Below are positions 19,676 through 29,934 of a DNA stretch of 64,000 nucleotides, piece after piece. Origin of the DNA: Patescibacteria group bacterium (lineage in GTDB: Bacteria; Patescibacteriota; Microgenomatia; UBA10105; UBA927). Numbering within the stretch: position 1 is the stretch's first letter; each line of letters begins with the position of its first letter. The stretch covers positions 147,581 through 211,580 of the forward strand of contig JBMOPU010000012.1 of the NCBI GenBank assembly GCA_049322955.1. The letters run 5' to 3'. The notes under the pieces are model-generated. The model ran no database searches. It saw only the letters and a program-made list of their open reading frames with translations, and was not told the DNA's origin. The position numbers and the translations under genes are program-made.

Positions 19676-20995
19676 ATGCAACAAAATAACCCGTTTGACA
19701 ATGCGATGCAACAACTCGGTAAGGCGCACGCCGTTCTTGCATCTTCAAAAAAGAAAATAAAAAATATCGATCAGAAAGTAGCGGTATTAAAAGAGCCTCA
19801 ACGAATCGTCAACGTGACCCTTCCCGTCACCATGGATAACGGGGAACAGAAAATATTTCAGGGGTATCGGGTGCAGTTTAATAATGCCAGGGGTCCCTAC
19901 AAGGGGGGGATTCGGTATCACCATAACGTCAGCCTTGATGAAGTGAAAGCGTTGTCTTTTTGGATGGCGATGAAATGTGCCGTGGCAGATCTCCCGCTCG
20001 GAGGAGGAAAGGGAGGCATCATCGTCGATCCGAAAGCGCTGTCACAGGACGAACTGGAACGGTTGAGTCGTGCCTACGGTAAGGCGATAGCTGATCTCAT
20101 CGGTCCCGAGACGGACGTACCTGCTCCCGACGTCAATACCAACGGCGTGATTATGGGGTGGATGGTAGATGAATACGTCAAGGCACAAATGAAGAAAGCA
20201 AAACTTTTCGGCGCTACAATATCAGCAAAAAATGCAAAACGATTAAAAGGAACATTTACGGGAAAAGCGATAGCAGACGGGGGGAGCGAAGGACGTGAAG
20301 AGGCAACAGGGCTGGGCGGCTTATTCGTTCTGCAGGCGATTATTAAAAAGCTTAAACTTTCCGGCACCCTCACTGCCGCTGTACAGGGATTCGGGAATGT
20401 CGGTTACAATGTGGCCAAGTTTTTAGATGAAGCGGGAATTCGGGTAGTTGCCGTATCCGACAGTAAAGGCGGCATTTATGTTCCCGAGGGGATAAATCCG
20501 GCGCTCACCCTCGAGTGTAAGAAGAAAAACGGATACCTTGCCGGTTGTTACTGTTCGGGATCGGTATGCGATCTCAAGAAAGGTAAACAACTGACCAATG
20601 ATGCGTTGCTTGAGCTTCCCGTTGATATTTTGGTGCCTGCCGCACTCGAAAACGCCATAACAGGGAAGAATGCGGGCAAGATCAAAGCAAAAGTTGTGCT
20701 TGAAATGGCGAACGGCCCCACGACGCCGGAAGCGGATACCGTGCTCTATAAGAAGGGTATTCCCGTTATACCCGACATATTAAGCAATAGCGGCGGCGTT
20801 ACCGTTTCCGCCTTTGAGTGGGAGCAGAACCTCAAAGGGCAACATTGGACGAAAGCCCAGGTAAATAAGAAGCTCGCAGGAAAAATGGCGTCAGCCGCCG
20901 AAGCGGTATGGCAGGCATCCGTGACTCATAAAACCGACTTGCGAACCGCGGCATTTGTGGTTGCGTTGGAGCGCATTTTAGCTTCAATGGAGTAA
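19676..20995 (+). CDS. gdhA: glutamate dehydrogenase (Glu/Leu/Phe/Val dehydrogenase family)
   Basis: The catalytic region GGIRYHHNVSLDEVKALSFWMAMKCAVADLPLGGGKGG is present. The start is set at the ATG with a GAGGAGG ribosome-binding site. Confidence 0.9.
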   Translation: MQQNNPFDNAMQQLGKAHAVLASSKKKIKNIDQKVAVLKEPQRIVNVTLPVTMDNGEQKIFQGYRVQFNNARGPYKGGIRYHHNVSLDEVKALSFWMAMKCAVADLPLGGGKGGIIVDPKALSQDELERLSRAYGKAIADLIGPETDVPAPDVNTNGVIMGWMVDEYVKAQMKKAKLFGATISAKNAKRLKGTFTGKAIADGGSEGREEATGLGGLFVLQAIIKKLKLSGTLTAAVQGFGNVGYNVAKFLDEAGIRVVAVSDSKGGIYVPEGINPALTLECKKKNGYLAGCYCSGSVCDLKKGKQLTNDALLELPVDILVPAALENAITGKNAGKIKAKVVLEMANGPTTPEADTVLYKKGIPVIPDILSNSGGVTVSAFEWEQNLKGQHWTKAQVNKKLAGKMASAAEAVWQASVTHKTDLRTAAFVVALERILASME

Positions 20996-21044
20996 CGACG
21001 ATTTGATCCTATAGGACATATTGGTGTACTATATGCCCATATAG

Positions 21045-21074
21045 TTGACAATGGGGAGTCGTCACCCATACTAT
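21045..21074 (+). promoter_or_regulatory. sigma70-like promoter TTGACA-18-TACTAT upstream of the first cluster gene; palindrome TCCTATAGGA at 21007-21016
   Basis: Read directly from the sequence. Confidence 0.5.
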
Positions 21075-21110
21075 GGGAATATTGACACTGCCTGATCGAA
21101 AGGGAGGAAT

Positions 21111-21731
21111 ATGGCTGAAGGATTTGAAAAAACAACATTTCAGGAAGCGATAAGTGAAAGCGCCGTCGGCAAAGCCGTACGGGGAGCTATTTCCGAAGTT
21201 CAGCAAACCAATAAGGAATATTGGGATATACGGCAGGATATAGAGGGCAGAAAGAACGCCTCAGGAAAAGGGGTGTATAAACACTATGTCGAGAACATGG
21301 ATAAGATTCTGCACCACATGTATGCGGGCAAAGAGCTTGGTGTGGTCGGAAAAGTTGCCGAATTTTCCCAAAAAGTAGGAGCGAGAGTAGAGGCGGCGGT
21401 TGTATCTTTCGGTGCGGCAACCCTTGATATCCCGTATAACGTATTAACATGGCTTCCGCGTAAAATGAGCCCCTTCGGGCCGCCCAAGGATGTCTTTAAG
21501 CGATTGGCGCTTGCCCGTTTTGATATCAAGCTCGGACTTCGTGCCGCGGGGGCGGGTATTATGCGAGGGGAACTTGGGGTAGCGAAAGCCGTTCGCACCG
21601 GAGCAGAAGCGGTGTTGAGCGCTCCTGAGATTGCCGTACGTATGGCAAAGAAAAAGGTTGATCGCGTGGTGAACTGGATCAAAAGCCCGTTTGCCGAAGG
21701 CAAACCGTCAACACCCAAAGCGAGGCCATAA
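21111..21731 (+). CDS. hypothetical basic Gly/Ala-rich protein (cluster protein P1)
   Basis: Preceded by an AGGGAGG ribosome-binding site. It contains a GxxxG-rich segment (GLRAAGAGIMRGELGVAKAV). No known domain was recognised. Confidence 0.65.
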   Translation: MAEGFEKTTFQEAISESAVGKAVRGAISEVQQTNKEYWDIRQDIEGRKNASGKGVYKHYVENMDKILHHMYAGKELGVVGKVAEFSQKVGARVEAAVVSFGAATLDIPYNVLTWLPRKMSPFGPPKDVFKRLALARFDIKLGLRAAGAGIMRGELGVAKAVRTGAEAVLSAPEIAVRMAKKKVDRVVNWIKSPFAEGKPSTPKARP

Positions 21732-21756
21732 TAGTGTTTTATGAAAGGAGTTTTGT

Positions 21757-22086
21757 ATGGATGACAAACTGCGCGCCGTGGTAACGAGAGTCGAATTGTC
21801 AAAGCTTACCGAAAGCGAGAAAGAAGACGTCTATACCGCGCTTGCCGAGGGACTGCAGTCTACCGTCTGGCCGATTCTTATTAAATACATGCCGAAAGAT
21901 CAGCTCGATGATTTGGCGGCAAATCCGACCAAGGTCAATCTGGAAACATACGGCAAACTGATCGAAGATTCCGTAAAAGACGGACAAGCGTTAAAAGAAA
22001 TCGAAGCATTGATGCAGGATATCTTAACGGCTGTCGATAAGACCCTTACGGAGCAGGGAGTTCCCGAACTTCCGAGCACCGGCTAA
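21757..22086 (+). CDS. small acidic partner protein S1, paralog of the 22773 and 37397 genes
   Basis: It shares the motif LSxSEKExxYTxxAEGLQSTVWPxxxKYMP with the ORFs at 22773 and 37397. Confidence 0.7.
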   Translation: MDDKLRAVVTRVELSKLTESEKEDVYTALAEGLQSTVWPILIKYMPKDQLDDLAANPTKVNLETYGKLIEDSVKDGQALKEIEALMQDILTAVDKTLTEQGVPELPSTG

Positions 22087-22089
22087 CCT

Positions 22090-22737
22090 ATGACGGAAGT
22101 AACACCACCGGTTGAAACTCAAAAGCTTTCCGGAGCGGCAAGGATTGTTGAAAGCCTCAAAAAATGGTCGCACGACCATCTGACGCTCCAGGGTAGAGAG
22201 GACAATATCTATCTTAAAAAATACGCGCAGATCGCGGAAAAACTTCCCCAAGATATGTCTGAAAATCATATGGCGCTTCTTGAGATGCGACTGCGAAAGG
22301 ATGCGCACAGTGCCGCGGTCGGCTCCATTATCGTAGACGCATTGATGACGGGAGGGGTGCTTGTCGGGGCGGGTGCGCTATTAAAGAAAGTTGATTTTGC
22401 ATTTCCCAAGTTTGAACGAAAAATACGGACGGCACCAAGGCCCGTGCCGCCACGAGAACAAGTCGTGCCGCCACCGCCAAAAGCAAATGAACCTGCCAGG
22501 TGGAGTCTGTTTGCCTTTGCCAAAAAAGTAAGTCGTATCCTTGAAGGGCATGGTGAAGATGTCGATATGGACAAAGTGGTAGCGGGTGCCGATACAATGC
22601 TTGATAAAGCGGCAAAAGTGAAATGGGATGCCCCTGCTGATTGGATGGAGAAGGGGATTGATAAAGCCGGAAAGGGTCTTCAGAAACTCTGGGGATGGCT
22701 TGACGGTTCCTTAGGCAAACTTGCGGACAATATGTAA
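22090..22737 (+). CDS. hypothetical protein P2 with a glycine-zipper segment
   Basis: GGVLVGAGALL is followed by a Pro-rich linker. The start is 4 nt after the S1 stop. Confidence 0.6.
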   Translation: MTEVTPPVETQKLSGAARIVESLKKWSHDHLTLQGREDNIYLKKYAQIAEKLPQDMSENHMALLEMRLRKDAHSAAVGSIIVDALMTGGVLVGAGALLKKVDFAFPKFERKIRTAPRPVPPREQVVPPPPKANEPARWSLFAFAKKVSRILEGHGEDVDMDKVVAGADTMLDKAAKVKWDAPADWMEKGIDKAGKGLQKLWGWLDGSLGKLADNM

Positions 22738-22772
22738 GCCTAAGTGTGCTACTATAAATTTTAGGAGGAACT

Positions 22773-23084
22773 ATGGAAGAAACATTGAAGGCGATCATTG
22801 CAAAAATTGAAAAATCCCAACTATCTGAAACCGAGAAAAATGAGCTCTACACCGTGATTGCTGAAGGACTTCAGAGCACCGTTTGGCCCGTTATGGTAAA
22901 ATATATGCCACAGCAAGACCTAGAGTATTTGACCGCTGATCCGAAGTCACGCATGACCGTCGAAAGTTATGCAAAGCTTATAGGGGATGTGGTGAAAGAC
23001 CCTGAGGCATTAGCGGCGATTGAACAGGCGGCGGGCAGTGTGCTTGCCAATGTTGAGTCGGTTTTAGCAGAGGAAAATATATAA
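22773..23084 (+). CDS. small acidic partner protein S2 (paralog of S1)
   Basis: LSETEKNELYTVIAEGLQSTVWPVMVKYMP. Confidence 0.7.
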   Translation: MEETLKAIIAKIEKSQLSETEKNELYTVIAEGLQSTVWPVMVKYMPQQDLEYLTADPKSRMTVESYAKLIGDVVKDPEALAAIEQAAGSVLANVESVLAEENI

Positions 23085-23109
23085 TTGTTTGTACATGAAG
23101 GAGGTTCTT

Positions 23110-23937
23110 ATGACCGAAGTAGGAATGTCACCTGAGCGACAAGGATGGTTTGCGGGGCTCAAAGAAAAAGTCCGCAAGTCTTTTACCGTCCAGGGCGCGA
23201 AAGAAAAATTTTATCAGAACAACAGCGAACTTATCGCCAAAGCAACGGCAAACCTTTCCCCCGAGGATAAGCAGGCGGCATATGCCCAGATTGAACAGGA
23301 TGCGCTATCTTCGGCCAAAGTCGATGTTGCAACCCATTGGGGTGCCCTAGTATTGGGTACCACCGTTGCCGGTCTCGGCGGTGCGCTCCTAAACGACAAA
23401 GTCCGCGGGAGAGTAGGCGAGATGGGTAACTTCGGCAAAAAAGTTGCTGGTCTCGGTGACAAGGCAAAAGACGGGCTGATGCGGCTGGTCAGCCGTTTCA
23501 ATTTCCGAAGAGAGGGGAGTAGTAAGGGCCCCATTAATGTGGATGCAGTTTCCGAATCTATCAAGTCTGCCGCCGGTTATAAGCAACGGGTGGATGCGCT
23601 TACCCAGATGATCAACAGTGGAAAATATCAGGGCGAGGCATTGACCCGACTGCGAAGGAAACAAAGGTTGGCAATGCTAGATTTACGACGTGCCGACGCC
23701 TTGCTTTCCGGTCGTCCCGAGCTTAACAAAGTGCAGGAATTGTCCCGGCAAATCCAAGAAGCGATAAAGGCCGGCAAACCGGTTGATGATTTGGTGCGGC
23801 GACGAACTGACATGCAAAACGGATTGAATGATATTTTGTCTGCACGGAGAAAAGCCGGATTCAAAGGTTTGGAACGGGGCGACGTAAGCAACTATCAGAA
23901 AAAGATAGATGCCATAAAGGCTCGCAACAGATCCTAA
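23110..23937 (+). CDS. hypothetical protein P3 (glycine-zipper plus coiled-coil-like C-terminus)
   Basis: A GAAGGAGG ribosome-binding site precedes it. It contains VLGTTVAGLGGALL. The C-terminal half is Arg/Lys-rich and helical. Confidence 0.6.
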   Translation: MTEVGMSPERQGWFAGLKEKVRKSFTVQGAKEKFYQNNSELIAKATANLSPEDKQAAYAQIEQDALSSAKVDVATHWGALVLGTTVAGLGGALLNDKVRGRVGEMGNFGKKVAGLGDKAKDGLMRLVSRFNFRREGSSKGPINVDAVSESIKSAAGYKQRVDALTQMINSGKYQGEALTRLRRKQRLAMLDLRRADALLSGRPELNKVQELSRQIQEAIKAGKPVDDLVRRRTDMQNGLNDILSARRKAGFKGLERGDVSNYQKKIDAIKARNRS

Positions 23938-24032
23938 CGTCCTATTCTTCACTTTGTTGCCATACGCTGGATCAGCATATCTTGGGAAGTTATCTGTGTT
24001 TGTGGTGATGGAACAGCTCGTGCGTTACGAAG

Positions 24033-24062
24033 ATACACGAAAATACGCGTAAATACGCTACA
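24033..24062 (+). repeat. three tandem imperfect 10-bp repeats (ATACACGAAA / ATACGCGTAA / ATACGCTACA) overlapping the -10 TACAAT of the ABC gene promoter
   Basis: Read directly from the sequence. Confidence 0.5.
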
Positions 24063-24071
24063 ATAGTGGAT

Positions 24072-26297
24072 ATGACCGCAGAAGCGATCGGCAAACGACA
24101 GGAAGTTCCCCGTATTCAGGAATCAGGGCTGAACTTTTCTCCCGAATCGTTGGTTGCCGCGGGAAAACTCGCCTCAGAGATTGCCGCCAATACCCCCCCT
24201 GAAGCTTCCGACGTTTCCCAAATGGTAAAGACGATAGGCAGTGATCTGGCCAAAGAGGGACTTCCCATAGCAAAAGAAGACTATAAAGCCGTGATGAAGC
24301 AAGCGGAGGCCGCGTATCTTCGTCACCGCGGACAGCAAACGGTTCCCGAGCATACCCCCGACATTGAAACCGTCTCTCCGATAGATCTTGCCGAATACAG
24401 GGATGTGATGGGGGAGCTCTTTAAAACATATAAATTAGGAAGCGGCAGTTGGCAGACGGTGACCGGCATTTATGGAGCTACCGACCTTATCGGCAACGTG
24501 ATCGGCGGGTACCAGACGAAACCGTGGATAAGCGAAGAATCCCGGAAGGCATTTACGGAAAAAGTAGAAGGGGGACTTGAGCTTCTTCAGGCACGGCAAA
24601 CGCCGTTACAGGAGCTGGGCCGCACCCTCAAGCGTCTGCCCGCCGAAACAAAGAAAAAAGCCGCCGGGCTACTCCTTTCTGCTACCTGGCCGTGGGTCGC
24701 AGGAACGGCTCATTGGTTTATCGGCAGACAAGCGGAAAAATTTGCGCATAAACTCATCGTGCGGGAGGGAATGAATTTACAGAAGGCCGTCAATACCCGT
24801 ATCGCCGAATCGTTATTTATGCGGGATTTTGAGTTTCTTCATGACAAACCCGCGGGAGAAATCATGGAGATTGTTAACAACGGCAAATTATCGACCATTG
24901 ATCTGGTTCGTGTTACGTACACGGAGTTTCTTCCGACGATTTTGGGCATACTAAGCCAGTTGCCCCGCCAATATGTTACCGGAAAATTGGAATTTATGTC
25001 TTCACTTATCAAAATGCCGTTTCTTTTAATGCGCAGTGAACAAAACGCGAAACTTATGCAAGAAAATAGAGCGGCTGAACTTGCCAAAATGGATAAAGTG
25101 AACACGAAGCTCATGACCACGCTTGCCGGTCTTGAATCGGTGCGAACATCAGGAAATGCGACCGGCGGATCGGTAAGTATGCTTGATCTGTTAACGGAAC
25201 GTGACACGGTGGCGGGGAAGGGTCTTCGCCAAAAACTCGCGGGACAACGGCAGATGAATATGTTCTTTGACGTGATGGATGTCGCCCTGCCGTTTATGAG
25301 CGAGGCGTTGCAGTTTAATAAACAACGTCCACCGGGCAAGCTGTCGGGGGAGGGAGCATTTAACTTCGGTGTCGATGCACTGTCACGGGTGATTAACTCC
25401 AAGAATCAACAGATGGAGCTTCGTGCGGCATTTGCCGGTTTGACGAGACTCTATGTCGATAACATTATTCCCGATATTCAGGATATCAAGCGCATGGAGG
25501 AACTCCTCGGCAAATACGACGCGTTAGATAGGCCAAACGGCCCTCGGGAACGGGCTCGGGTTGCGGTGGGGAAGTTGACGAACACGGATATTCGTGTCGA
25601 GAACCTTTCTTATAAAGGCATCATCAATAACGTTTCCCTGGATATCCCGCAAGGATCATTCGTGACCATTAAGGGCGAGTCCGGAACGGGGAAAACGACA
25701 TTCATCCGTAATCTTGTCGGTCTTTACACGCCGGAATCGGGATCGGTGACGATTGGCGGCGTCCCCATCGACGGCATAAAAAAGTACGGAACCGAATCGG
25801 TATCGAGTATTGTCGGCTATGCCAATCAAAACCCTCAGATTCTTGAAGGCATGACTCTCAAGGAAAACTTGTTGTTATGGTCCCAACAGCAGGTTCCCGA
25901 TGCGGTACTGACGAAAACACTTAAGGATCTCCGTTTGGAGCATCTTACCGATAGACTTGATAAAGCGACCAAGCATTTTTCGGGCGGTGAACTTCGGCGT
26001 ATCGGCATAGCCCGGGCGCTTCTGAAAAATCCGAAAATACTTGTGCTTGATGAACCGACCGCAAGCCTTGATGAAGCGTCAGCACAGCAGGTCATGGATA
26101 TCATCCAGCGTTTGCGAATAGAGCGTCCTGATATGACGGTGGTTGCCATTACCCATGACCCGGTATTTGAAAATATCTCCGAGCGTATCATAGATTTTTC
26201 ACAGATAAATAAGTCAAGGTCATCGGAAGCATACGGAAACCGTCAGCTCAAAGATCACCAGATATTGGAAGCAATTGCCCGGCCGAAGCGGCCGTGA
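24072..26297 (+). CDS. ABC-exporter-like protein: divergent, weakly hydrophobic N-terminal domain fused to a C-terminal ABC ATPase
   Basis: Walker A (GESGTGKTT), the signature FSGGELRRIGIARAL, and Walker B (ILVLDEPTASLD) are present. The N-terminal 500 aa carry exporter-TMD-like coupling-helix motifs (FEFLHDKPAGEIMEIVNNGKLSTIDLV) but show little hydrophobicity. Confidence 0.82.
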   Translation: MTAEAIGKRQEVPRIQESGLNFSPESLVAAGKLASEIAANTPPEASDVSQMVKTIGSDLAKEGLPIAKEDYKAVMKQAEAAYLRHRGQQTVPEHTPDIETVSPIDLAEYRDVMGELFKTYKLGSGSWQTVTGIYGATDLIGNVIGGYQTKPWISEESRKAFTEKVEGGLELLQARQTPLQELGRTLKRLPAETKKKAAGLLLSATWPWVAGTAHWFIGRQAEKFAHKLIVREGMNLQKAVNTRIAESLFMRDFEFLHDKPAGEIMEIVNNGKLSTIDLVRVTYTEFLPTILGILSQLPRQYVTGKLEFMSSLIKMPFLLMRSEQNAKLMQENRAAELAKMDKVNTKLMTTLAGLESVRTSGNATGGSVSMLDLLTERDTVAGKGLRQKLAGQRQMNMFFDVMDVALPFMSEALQFNKQRPPGKLSGEGAFNFGVDALSRVINSKNQQMELRAAFAGLTRLYVDNIIPDIQDIKRMEELLGKYDALDRPNGPRERARVAVGKLTNTDIRVENLSYKGIINNVSLDIPQGSFVTIKGESGTGKTTFIRNLVGLYTPESGSVTIGGVPIDGIKKYGTESVSSIVGYANQNPQILEGMTLKENLLLWSQQQVPDAVLTKTLKDLRLEHLTDRLDKATKHFSGGELRRIGIARALLKNPKILVLDEPTASLDEASAQQVMDIIQRLRIERPDMTVVAITHDPVFENISERIIDFSQINKSRSSEAYGNRQLKDHQILEAIARPKRP

Positions 26298-26312
26298 CGA
26301 TAGCTTGCGAAA

Positions 26313-27374
26313 ATGGAAAAAACTGCCCATACTGAAGCTATGAATGATTTTTCGCCGGAAACACCCGAATCGCGAATATCCGTGTCACCTGAATTAGGGC
26401 AACGGATAGGGGAAGCTAAGTCGGGGATTGAAGAAAATAGGGACATGCCGGCTTCAGAAATAGCCACCAACACCGAACAAATGGGGCTTCTTGCTTCTTT
26501 GGGCGGGCTGTATAAGGATATGGCCAAAAAGAAGCTCGGTATCGCATTCAAAGATGTGAAAGCGGCGCTTGCCATTGTTCCCTTTGTTCCTCTCGCCAGC
26601 GAAGCGATAGCGGTAGCAAAGGGAGGGGCAAAATTGGAAAGTATTGCTACGAAAGTGCATAAGGCCGCGTATGCGGAGTCCGCCGCAATCAAGGCTCAAA
26701 AAACGGCAAATAAAGCGGAGCGTTGGGCAAAATGGTTTCGCAAAAGCGAAAAAGCGCAACAGCGATTGGGTGCGGCGAAGGACGCACTGGGAATCGCAAA
26801 CGCTGAAGCATCCACCGCCACTGCCGCGGCAAAGAAGGCTTTGGAACGGGGATTGAAACAGGGAGTGCCTGTTGAGGGATCGGCCTCACGATTCGTGCGC
26901 AAACATATTGTTCATGACATCCGTGATGCCGACTATGTACTTAATTACGAAAAAGCGATAAAAAGCGGTAAAGCGTTGACCGATGCGGAAAAAATACTTT
27001 CCACGGCAACGGGGGAAGTTGCGGCAAAAACGTTTGGGGAAAAAGCGGTTCATAAGGCAAAAACAATCGGCAAACATACGCTTCTTCACTCGCTAGGCCC
27101 CATCATCGATCCGACGCCGAATGTCCCACATGCGGTTGTGCTGGGCTCATTTGGTGCGGAATTATTCGGTCAAGTATGGGCGGGACTTATTCCGCCCGTC
27201 TGGCAGTATCTTCACAACCGATATGAAGACGTCAAAGTCGGGTGGGATACGGCGGTCAAAGCCAAAGATATTATCACAACGCATTTTTCTCAAAAAGTCG
27301 ATAAACTGAAAACACCGGAAGTGGCAAAAGCCGCCGAGGTTTTTGTGCCGTCAGATGCTCCCGCGGCACCATGA
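26313..27374 (+). CDS. hypothetical Ala/Lys-rich helical protein P4
   Basis: A 353-aa protein with amphipathic helical repeats. Its start is 13 nt after the ABC stop. Confidence 0.6.
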   Translation: MEKTAHTEAMNDFSPETPESRISVSPELGQRIGEAKSGIEENRDMPASEIATNTEQMGLLASLGGLYKDMAKKKLGIAFKDVKAALAIVPFVPLASEAIAVAKGGAKLESIATKVHKAAYAESAAIKAQKTANKAERWAKWFRKSEKAQQRLGAAKDALGIANAEASTATAAAKKALERGLKQGVPVEGSASRFVRKHIVHDIRDADYVLNYEKAIKSGKALTDAEKILSTATGEVAAKTFGEKAVHKAKTIGKHTLLHSLGPIIDPTPNVPHAVVLGSFGAELFGQVWAGLIPPVWQYLHNRYEDVKVGWDTAVKAKDIITTHFSQKVDKLKTPEVAKAAEVFVPSDAPAAP

Positions 27375-27378
27375 TGCT

Positions 27379-27651
27379 ATGAATAAAAAAATCGCGCTTG
27401 TCACCCTCATTGAAGCGAGTATCATCCTGTCGGATGAAGATAGGCTTATGTTGCTTGATTTGGTGCCAGGACTTACCGAAAAACAGGTGGATGCGCTGGG
27501 CAAGTTTTTCGCCCTGGAGCGCAAATTTGTTTTGAGCAATGAGGATGATGTAAAACAAAAGATTGAATCATTGCTTACCGGTCTGGATCGACAGGATACC
27601 GATACTGTGTATGTAGGGAGCGGGAATGCATTCGACCAAGGAACAAAATAA
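27379..27651 (+). CDS. small acidic partner protein S4
   Basis: A 90-aa protein starting 2 nt after the P4 stop. Its N-terminal LSDEDRLMLLDLV motif resembles those of the other small partners. Confidence 0.55.
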   Translation: MNKKIALVTLIEASIILSDEDRLMLLDLVPGLTEKQVDALGKFFALERKFVLSNEDDVKQKIESLLTGLDRQDTDTVYVGSGNAFDQGTK

Positions 27652-27699
27652 CATAAGAAGTTAACTATTACTTTGTCAGTTTATTCATGAGTCGTACCT

Positions 27700-28593
27700 A
27701 TGGCAGAGAGTATCATCAAAGACTTTAAAGGAAAAAACGATTGGGTCTATGTCGGTAAAAGTGAAGCCCCGAAACCTTCCGAGAAAAAAGCTGACACGTT
27801 ATTTCATCAGTATATGCAGGAAGTGTTTGACGTGGCGGCTCCCGTGATGATCGGCGAGCTTGACGGGGCGGCAGGGGCGCAAGCGGCCCTTGCCTCTGCA
27901 ACGCTTTCGCTTGCAGACAAAGCGCATACCGACGCCACTTCAACCGCCTCCCTCCCGGATAAATCAACATTTGCCAAACGATGGCTCGCGCTGGAACAGC
28001 GGGTCGGCAATGATGATCACCAAAATAGGTTGGGAAAGCTTCTGACCAGTTTTGTATATATGGGCGGGTCATTTGCTATGAACCTGGGGAGCGAAGTGGT
28101 TGCCGATGTATTGTATCGCGGCAAATCGAAAGTACCGCTCCCTCTGGGACGTTCCATCAACATCTCAAAAGAAACGGGTAATCAGCGCATGCTTGACGCA
28201 GGCTGGGAGTATCTCACCGATTATGGGGTCGAAAAAACGGTGGACTGGTCGGCTCAGAAGCTGGCCAATCGGGAAAATATCGGCTTTGTTTCGCCGCTCT
28301 CGCGTGCGATCAGTAAAATCGGCAACACGATTATCAATGCCACGAGAAATTTTGATGAACATAATTTTTCCACGGCCGTAAAACGCTCGCTCTTAAGCCC
28401 GGGATTTATCGAAGGGGCGTTTCGTTTTGCAGGTGCGCTTCCGGGCGGCGGATTTATCAAGGAATTGTACGGCAAAGCCAATAAACAAATCATGAAAGGG
28501 GAAGGAGTCATTCCCTTGGGAGCTGATCTTGCGTTTAACATGATATTTGCCAAGGTGCTTTACAAGATGCAACAGGGAGGAGCAAAGCCATAA
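27700..28593 (+). CDS. hypothetical protein P5
   Basis: A 297-aa protein with GELDGAAGAQAALASA and a C-terminal Gly-rich region. Confidence 0.6.
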   Translation: MAESIIKDFKGKNDWVYVGKSEAPKPSEKKADTLFHQYMQEVFDVAAPVMIGELDGAAGAQAALASATLSLADKAHTDATSTASLPDKSTFAKRWLALEQRVGNDDHQNRLGKLLTSFVYMGGSFAMNLGSEVVADVLYRGKSKVPLPLGRSINISKETGNQRMLDAGWEYLTDYGVEKTVDWSAQKLANRENIGFVSPLSRAISKIGNTIINATRNFDEHNFSTAVKRSLLSPGFIEGAFRFAGALPGGGFIKELYGKANKQIMKGEGVIPLGADLAFNMIFAKVLYKMQQGGAKP

Positions 28594-28911
28594 ATGGATA
28601 TATCGATACAGCAATTTTGTGATCAGGTACTGCGAAGTCGGGCTCTTTCTCAGGAACAGAAAGAACTGCTCGTTGCCGATCCTGAAGCATTGCCGTCCTC
28701 ATACCGTGAGGAGGTTGCGGCCATTCTCTCGGCATTTGACGACCAATCGATGCAACGGGAGGAGTACCTACGAAATGCCGTGGAAGACCGTATGCGGCAG
28801 TTTGAAAAAAAACTTGAAGAAGAGGGGACTGATGCGCCGACGACGCATGCATTACTCAAAAAGGCAAAAGCGTTGAGTGCATCATTGTTTCCCGTAAAGC
28901 ACGTTGTTTGA
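28594..28911 (+). CDS. small acidic partner protein S5
   Basis: Its start abuts the P5 stop. It carries LSQEQKELLVADPEAL. Confidence 0.55.
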   Translation: MDISIQQFCDQVLRSRALSQEQKELLVADPEALPSSYREEVAAILSAFDDQSMQREEYLRNAVEDRMRQFEKKLEEEGTDAPTTHALLKKAKALSASLFPVKHVV

Positions 28912-28947
28912 CGGCGCAGGGAATCTCCTATACGCTAGAAGAAGAGT

Positions 28948-29934
28948 ATGCAACACCATCATGAAATACCGCAGTGGCACCCGCCCCAAGAAGCGATGCC
29001 CGCCAAGGAAGGCAATTTGACGAAGGAGCAGTCGCTCTTTCAACGGCTGGGAGTAGCCGTAGCGGAAACGGTCAAAGATATCCGTGATGCAAATGATATG
29101 GCGAAACGAAAGTTTGATGGAGATAGCGCGCTGATGCGCGTAGCTCGTGGTGCGCTGACCGGTGCGGTTGGCGCGGGGCTTGAACTTGCCACGGATGATA
29201 TGTTTAGTAAGGCCTGGCGGGGGGAAGGACCTATCTTCGAGCGATTTATCATGGGTGAAAATACCGGCAAAAAACTCGCAAAACTTTCGGAACAACATCC
29301 CAGGATTTCCCATTTTGTGAAAGAAGGTACCCAAGATGTTGCACTCGCGGCGCTTTACAACTTTATCGCCTATAGGTCACAGCCGATTTTTACCCAAGTC
29401 GAATCACCTCATGTGCTTCGGTCGCTCACCGCGGATGCTTTGGAAGCCGGATTTATCAACAGCATCCCGGCGGAAATGAAAACAGCGGTTTCTGCCATAA
29501 ATCAACCCAAAGTGGATAGGTGGCAACATCAGCGTCGTCGTTTTCGGCGCCCTAAGCAAAAAAAATATCCCTTGGGGGGTGAAGGTTCGGAGATGATGAT
29601 GAATGATTTTTTCAAAAAAAAGCCTTCAGCAGATATGCAAGCCGCACGAATATCGGGGAAAAATACCCCAGGAACTGTCCCCGAGAGGCAGGGGGTATTG
29701 GGAAATGTCTTTAATCTTTCCAATCCCGTTACGCAACTAGGTCTTGAGATGGTATGGTCGGGCATGACCACCTTTGCAAAAAACTTTAGTGAACTGAGGA
29801 AAACACGCAAAGTGAATGAATGGTCGGGTGGCAAAGCAACGGTATCGGGAAAAGGAGAGAACGTGTATTACGGGAATTCGCATGGGAAATACACAAAGAG
29901 AAGGGGGTATGATGAGCGACTTGACGATCTATAA
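28948..29934 (+). CDS. hypothetical protein P6
   Basis: A 328-aa protein with GALTGAVGAGLELA and a basic C-terminal tail. Confidence 0.6.
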   Translation: MQHHHEIPQWHPPQEAMPAKEGNLTKEQSLFQRLGVAVAETVKDIRDANDMAKRKFDGDSALMRVARGALTGAVGAGLELATDDMFSKAWRGEGPIFERFIMGENTGKKLAKLSEQHPRISHFVKEGTQDVALAALYNFIAYRSQPIFTQVESPHVLRSLTADALEAGFINSIPAEMKTAVSAINQPKVDRWQHQRRRFRRPKQKKYPLGGEGSEMMMNDFFKKKPSADMQAARISGKNTPGTVPERQGVLGNVFNLSNPVTQLGLEMVWSGMTTFAKNFSELRKTRKVNEWSGGKATVSGKGENVYYGNSHGKYTKRRGYDERLDDL

